Source: a virus. From it: a stretch of DNA of 64,000 bases. The notes beneath the pieces are model-generated. The model did no database searches, was not told the origin of the DNA, and saw only the letters and a program-made list of their open reading frames with translations. The position numbers were made by a program, and so were the translations under genes. The stretch covers positions 1-64,000 of IMG/VR virus record IMGVR_UViG_3300013126_000012. One strand, 5' to 3'. Shown piece after piece: positions 60,419-64,000 of the stretch. How positions within the stretch are numbered: position 1 is the stretch's first letter; every line of letters begins with the position of its first letter.

Positions 60419-60493
60419 AAATTTCCTTTTTGTTAAGTTGTTAATAAAAAATAATTAATAATAATATAATTGATTTACCGGTTAAATCCAAGT

Positions 60494-61186
60494 TTATAAT
60501 TTGTTTTTTTTTAAATTCATCGTTTGTTTAAATGATTCGAGACGCTTTCGTTTATGTTCTGCAGATTGTGGCCCAGTTTTACGACCTAGTAACGTATTGC
60601 TAATTTTTTGTTTTATTTCGTCAGTTTTAGGTTTACCATAATTATGATTTTTTTCACCTTTTTTTGCATCGCTTAGTTTTTTCTTTATCTCATTAGATAA
60701 CGGTTTACCCATTTGAGATTCGCTCTTTTGTAGTCGTCGATCTTTTGTCCAAGCTGCACTTAACTTTTTTTTAGTTTCGTTAGTATGTTGCTTACCTTTA
60801 TTCCAAGCTTCTCGGCCTTTACTTGATTGACCAATTTTAAGTTTAGTTTCATCAGAATGAGTGAATGATTTTCTTGCGTCACTAATTAATAGTTTAATAT
60901 GCTCGTATTCTCGACTACTAACCGTATAATTGCGTTGTTGCGTATTACTTTGTGTTTTATTTGCCATTAACCAATATGCATATAATAATTTATGATCATT
61001 AGGATAAATTTCACAAAGAAGTTTATGTGCGATAAAATGTTCTCGAGCTGTTAAATCAACTAAATTTGATGCATTATTGCTCCCGCCTATACAACGTGGT
61101 ATGACATGATGTCTTTCTTTGTAACCTAGCAATGTTCTTGTTCGAGCTCGATTAATTAATTGTGTATAAATTCGTTCATAATTCAT
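60494..61186 (-). mobile_element. Free-standing HNH homing endonuclease with NUMOD3 repeats
   Basis: ERHHVIPRCIGGSN..SNLVDLTAREHFIAH; repeated HSDETK/HTNETK/GKP units. Confidence 0.9.
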
Positions 61187-61341
61187 TTAATTAGTATCCT
61201 TAGTTAATTAATTATAATTTAATTAGTTATGTCGTTAATTCAAAGTTAATTGTTAAGTTTTTTATTTTTAAATTATGATATACCCACCGTAAGCGCCTAA
61301 ACCTCTATCTGCACGTTCTAATTCATTACTAATTTTATCTG

Positions 61342-61617
61342 CTATTTCATTTGATAAAGTACTTTAAATTCTACAATTCCATCATTTGGATCATATGAAC
61401 GATTAATTGAAGTTTTATCAAAACCATATTTCTTAAATACATTAACGGCAATTCTATCCATGAAGTTATCAGTGCCAGAAAATAAAATCATTAGACTATC
61501 AGCTGGCCTTTCGGTTTCATCTGGATATCCGTTGTTATTTTGATCAGAATCTTCACTCAAATTCTTAGTACCGAACCTTCTCATGTTTTCTGCTAAGATG
61601 TTTTTTAATTTAATCAT
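61342..61617 (-). CDS. Hypothetical protein, MIKLK N-terminus; possibly frameshifted (continuation to 61268)
   Basis: Begins MIKLKNILAENMRRFGTKNL; the -1 frame continues LSNEIADKISNELERADRGLGAYGGYIII. Confidence 0.65.
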   Translation of the reverse strand: MIKLKNILAENMRRFGTKNLSEDSDQNNNGYPDETERPADSLMILFSGTDNFMDRIAVNVFKKYGFDKTSINRSYDPNDGIVEFKVLYQMK

Positions 61618-61646
61618 GACTGTTCCTATGTATAAATTTAAATTTT

Positions 61647-62039
61647 TTAGAATAAATAATCAGAAAGTACTTGATCATTTATTCCGTGTTTTTTTGCAAC
61701 AAGTTCATCTTGTATTTCTACATTTTGAATATCGCCATCTTCATCGAAGGTAACAGTAAAATCAATAGTATCGGATCCTACTTTTAATTCGCAATCAAAT
61801 TTAATATCAGACACTAAACGTGTTTGATCATATGCACCTGTTGGATCATTTTCACTTTCAATTTCTTGTTTGATGTCGTTTATCAGATCTTGGAAATCGC
61901 TTTTATCAGCTACGCCGCCACCTTGATATGTTACATACGAATATCCGCCAATATTTTTATCATATTCTGCACGATTAATAACAATTTGAAAATCTTTATT
62001 TTCTTGATCTTCTCGCAATAAATTTTTCAATTTAATCAT
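61647..62039 (-). CDS. Acidic hypothetical protein, MIKLK N-terminus
   Basis: MIKLKNLLRE; ATATTTAT motif at 62057-62064. Confidence 0.75.
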   Translation of the reverse strand: MIKLKNLLREDQENKDFQIVINRAEYDKNIGGYSYVTYQGGGVADKSDFQDLINDIKQEIESENDPTGAYDQTRLVSDIKFDCELKVGSDTIDFTVTFDEDGDIQNVEIQDELVAKKHGINDQVLSDYLF

Positions 62040-62063
62040 TTGTTGTCCTATATAATATAAATA

Positions 62064-62450
62064 TTAGTTCCATGTAATTTTCTTGAAAAAGATCAAGTCA
62101 ATTACGCGATATCCCGCATCATCGGTTAGGATGAAAGAATTTTGATATTTGGTCCAATCCAATCGATATGATTTGTCTAATACGCCATTATTAACAACCC
62201 GAATAACTTCATTAAGTGCATTGACAGTATATAAAGTATTGGTTTCTTTTTTGCGGTGAATGCTAATTGTATTCTGTCCCCGTTGCGTTCCTGCATCTGC
62301 ATTGTATGTGCAATATAAATTGTCTGCGGCTTCTGCATTGGCAAATACAAAGATTCTGCGTTCTGGTATGGTATAGCTTTGTTGTATGTAATCTGATATT
62401 ATGTTTAAATCTGACTTATGTGCAAATGTGCAAAGTAATTGTGTTTTCAT
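62064..62450 (-). CDS. Conserved hypothetical phage protein
   Basis: QLLCTF...ISIHRKKETNTLYTVNALN. Confidence 0.75.
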   Translation of the reverse strand: MKTQLLCTFAHKSDLNIISDYIQQSYTIPERRIFVFANAEAADNLYCTYNADAGTQRGQNTISIHRKKETNTLYTVNALNEVIRVVNNGVLDKSYRLDWTKYQNSFILTDDAGYRVIDLIFFKKITWN

Positions 62451-62456
62451 TCTTCA

Positions 62457-63536
62457 TCAATCCTGCGGTTTTTTTGTTACTTTAGTGTTTAATTGGCTAC
62501 CTAATACAAATAATTTATTTTGGTGAAAATTTGCGATTGCTGGCGATAATCGATCCTTGCGACATTTTAAAATAGGTGCCAATTCATCGGCAGCTTCTAA
62601 AAACAACGTTTCATTTGACTTGATTATCATGCCCCACCAATTTACTGATGTAATTTTTTCAACAACCATTTTATCTACAATGTTGCAAAATGCATGAATC
62701 ATAGTATCTAAATTATCATCTAATTGATAAAATGATTGTAGTTTTTTGCTTATATTTTGTAACATTGGAATATCTGAATCGTTGCCTAATTTAATAATAC
62801 GACGAATATCTGTTTCGGTTTTTTCTGTATCTAAAAAATCCAAAACCGAATTAATTTGTTCTCGACCTTTCGATTTGCTAATATCTTGACCAGTTAATAG
62901 TTTTGCCATTTCTAAAAAACTATTCAACAATTGTACGCCTTCAGAAGATAATGATCCAAAATCAAAAGTGATCTTTTCATAGTTTTTCAAAGAAACTGTT
63001 TGATCGCCAACTTCGATATCTGCTTCGATGCCAGATTCGCCAGCAACTGCCCCTTTAACTAAGCCGCCATATGAAATTGCAAACCATAATTCTGATTCAT
63101 CGCCATTTGGAATTTTAATCGTATTTTTGATTATATTATACAATGTACTATAAACTCCGCGAATAGGTACAACTCCGGTTGCTAATCGCATTTTTACTGG
63201 ACCAGTAATTAAATCAATTAATTGATCTGATTCGCTACTACTCATAACTGCATCATACATTGCAGATAATCCGATTATTTGCTGGCCTTCGACACTAAAC
63301 TTTGTTTTAATATATTGTTCAAATGATGTAGCATCATTAAATAGCGAATTAATATCAACTAATTCAGTTGCTTCCGTAATACCTTGAGCTCGATTAACAA
63401 CGCGTTGCGCTTCAAGTGGTGAAAGGTCTGTCATTTCTAAAATGATATCATACAACATCTTGTAATCTCGAGATTGCGTTGGATATCCTTTTGGTAATCT
63501 ATAACTCCATTCTGTTAATATTGAATCTATAGTCAT
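62457..63536 (-). CDS. Hypothetical protein (ILTEWSYRLPKGYP N-terminus; possible degenerate PD-(D/E)XK core)
   Basis: 359-aa ORF; GDESE...ADI...VSLK pattern. Confidence 0.7.
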   Translation of the reverse strand: MTIDSILTEWSYRLPKGYPTQSRDYKMLYDIILEMTDLSPLEAQRVVNRAQGITEATELVDINSLFNDATSFEQYIKTKFSVEGQQIIGLSAMYDAVMSSSESDQLIDLITGPVKMRLATGVVPIRGVYSTLYNIIKNTIKIPNGDESELWFAISYGGLVKGAVAGESGIEADIEVGDQTVSLKNYEKITFDFGSLSSEGVQLLNSFLEMAKLLTGQDISKSKGREQINSVLDFLDTEKTETDIRRIIKLGNDSDIPMLQNISKKLQSFYQLDDNLDTMIHAFCNIVDKMVVEKITSVNWWGMIIKSNETLFLEAADELAPILKCRKDRLSPAIANFHQNKLFVLGSQLNTKVTKKPQD

Positions 63537-63583
63537 AATGAGATAGTTTTCATTTTATTATAAATATAATGTACTTTATTTAC

Positions 63584-64000
63584 TTATTTTTTTTTACAGT
63601 TATCAAAATGCCATCTATACATATTTGCTGTACTTTTGCTAGATTTTTTACAATGTGGACATATAACATGTTTTTTAAAAAGCCAAGCATTTGACATATT
63701 TAATTTTTCTAGTTCTGATTTAGGTCTTTTATTTTTATTTCGTATTTTTTCTATAGATTCTGCGGAATGATTCCATGTACCTTTTCGTTTTCTCAAAACT
63801 TCCTTATGTTGTTCGGATATAATTTTTCCAGAATGTATAATTTTATTACGTAATGCTACATCTGGCCTAGGCCCTTTTGGTTTTCCTTTTTGCGTTAAAC
63901 CGCGTTTAATATTAGATTCTATAGAATTTTTCCCAGATTTAGATTCCGATGTGGTTAATCTACAATTTAATCCATTTGGTCCTAAAACATTATATAAATC
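63584..64000 (-). mobile_element. Homing endonuclease, C-terminal part (GIY-YIG-type with NUMOD3-like tail); start lies beyond the window
   Basis: Frame is open from 64000: DLYNVLGPNGLNCRLT...HSAESIEKI...CPHCKK...MYRWHFDNCK. Confidence 0.75.

Overview
This is a gene-dense, AT-rich segment of a large lytic dsDNA phage genome with a T4-like replisome. The host is probably a Bacteroidota, inferred from a T9SS-cargo-like gene, DUF2452, DUF5522 and the QueE type. Nearly all genes lie on the minus strand; the one convincing plus-strand gene is 38054-39388. In plus-strand order the window contains: (1) tRNA-Glu and host-like accessory genes; (2) thyA, groEL and a MoxR-AAA/VWA pair; (3) a block of probable late/virion genes, many sharing an N-terminal M-I-[RK]-L-K-x-[LI]-L-x-E motif; (4) a lysis cassette; (5) a 13-kb glycan-biosynthesis island with NeuB/NeuA-like enzymes and about 8 glycosyltransferases; (6) clamp loader, clamp and dUTPase; (7) a 7-deazaguanine DNA-modification system (TGT/DpdA-like, DpdL-like, QueE, QueD, FolE) whose core also holds a glycosyltransferase, a cytidylyltransferase and an unknown protein; (8) PolB, GroES, class II RNR, helicase, 5'-3' exonuclease, RecA/UvsX, SSB and several free-standing homing endonucleases. 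Two recurring upstream motifs, TTGGA-N~17-TATA[AT]T and ATATTTAT, suggest two promoter classes. The best candidate for an undescribed system is a sugar- or polyol-decorated 7-deazaguanine DNA hypermodification. All family calls come from motif recognition by eye; no searches were run.
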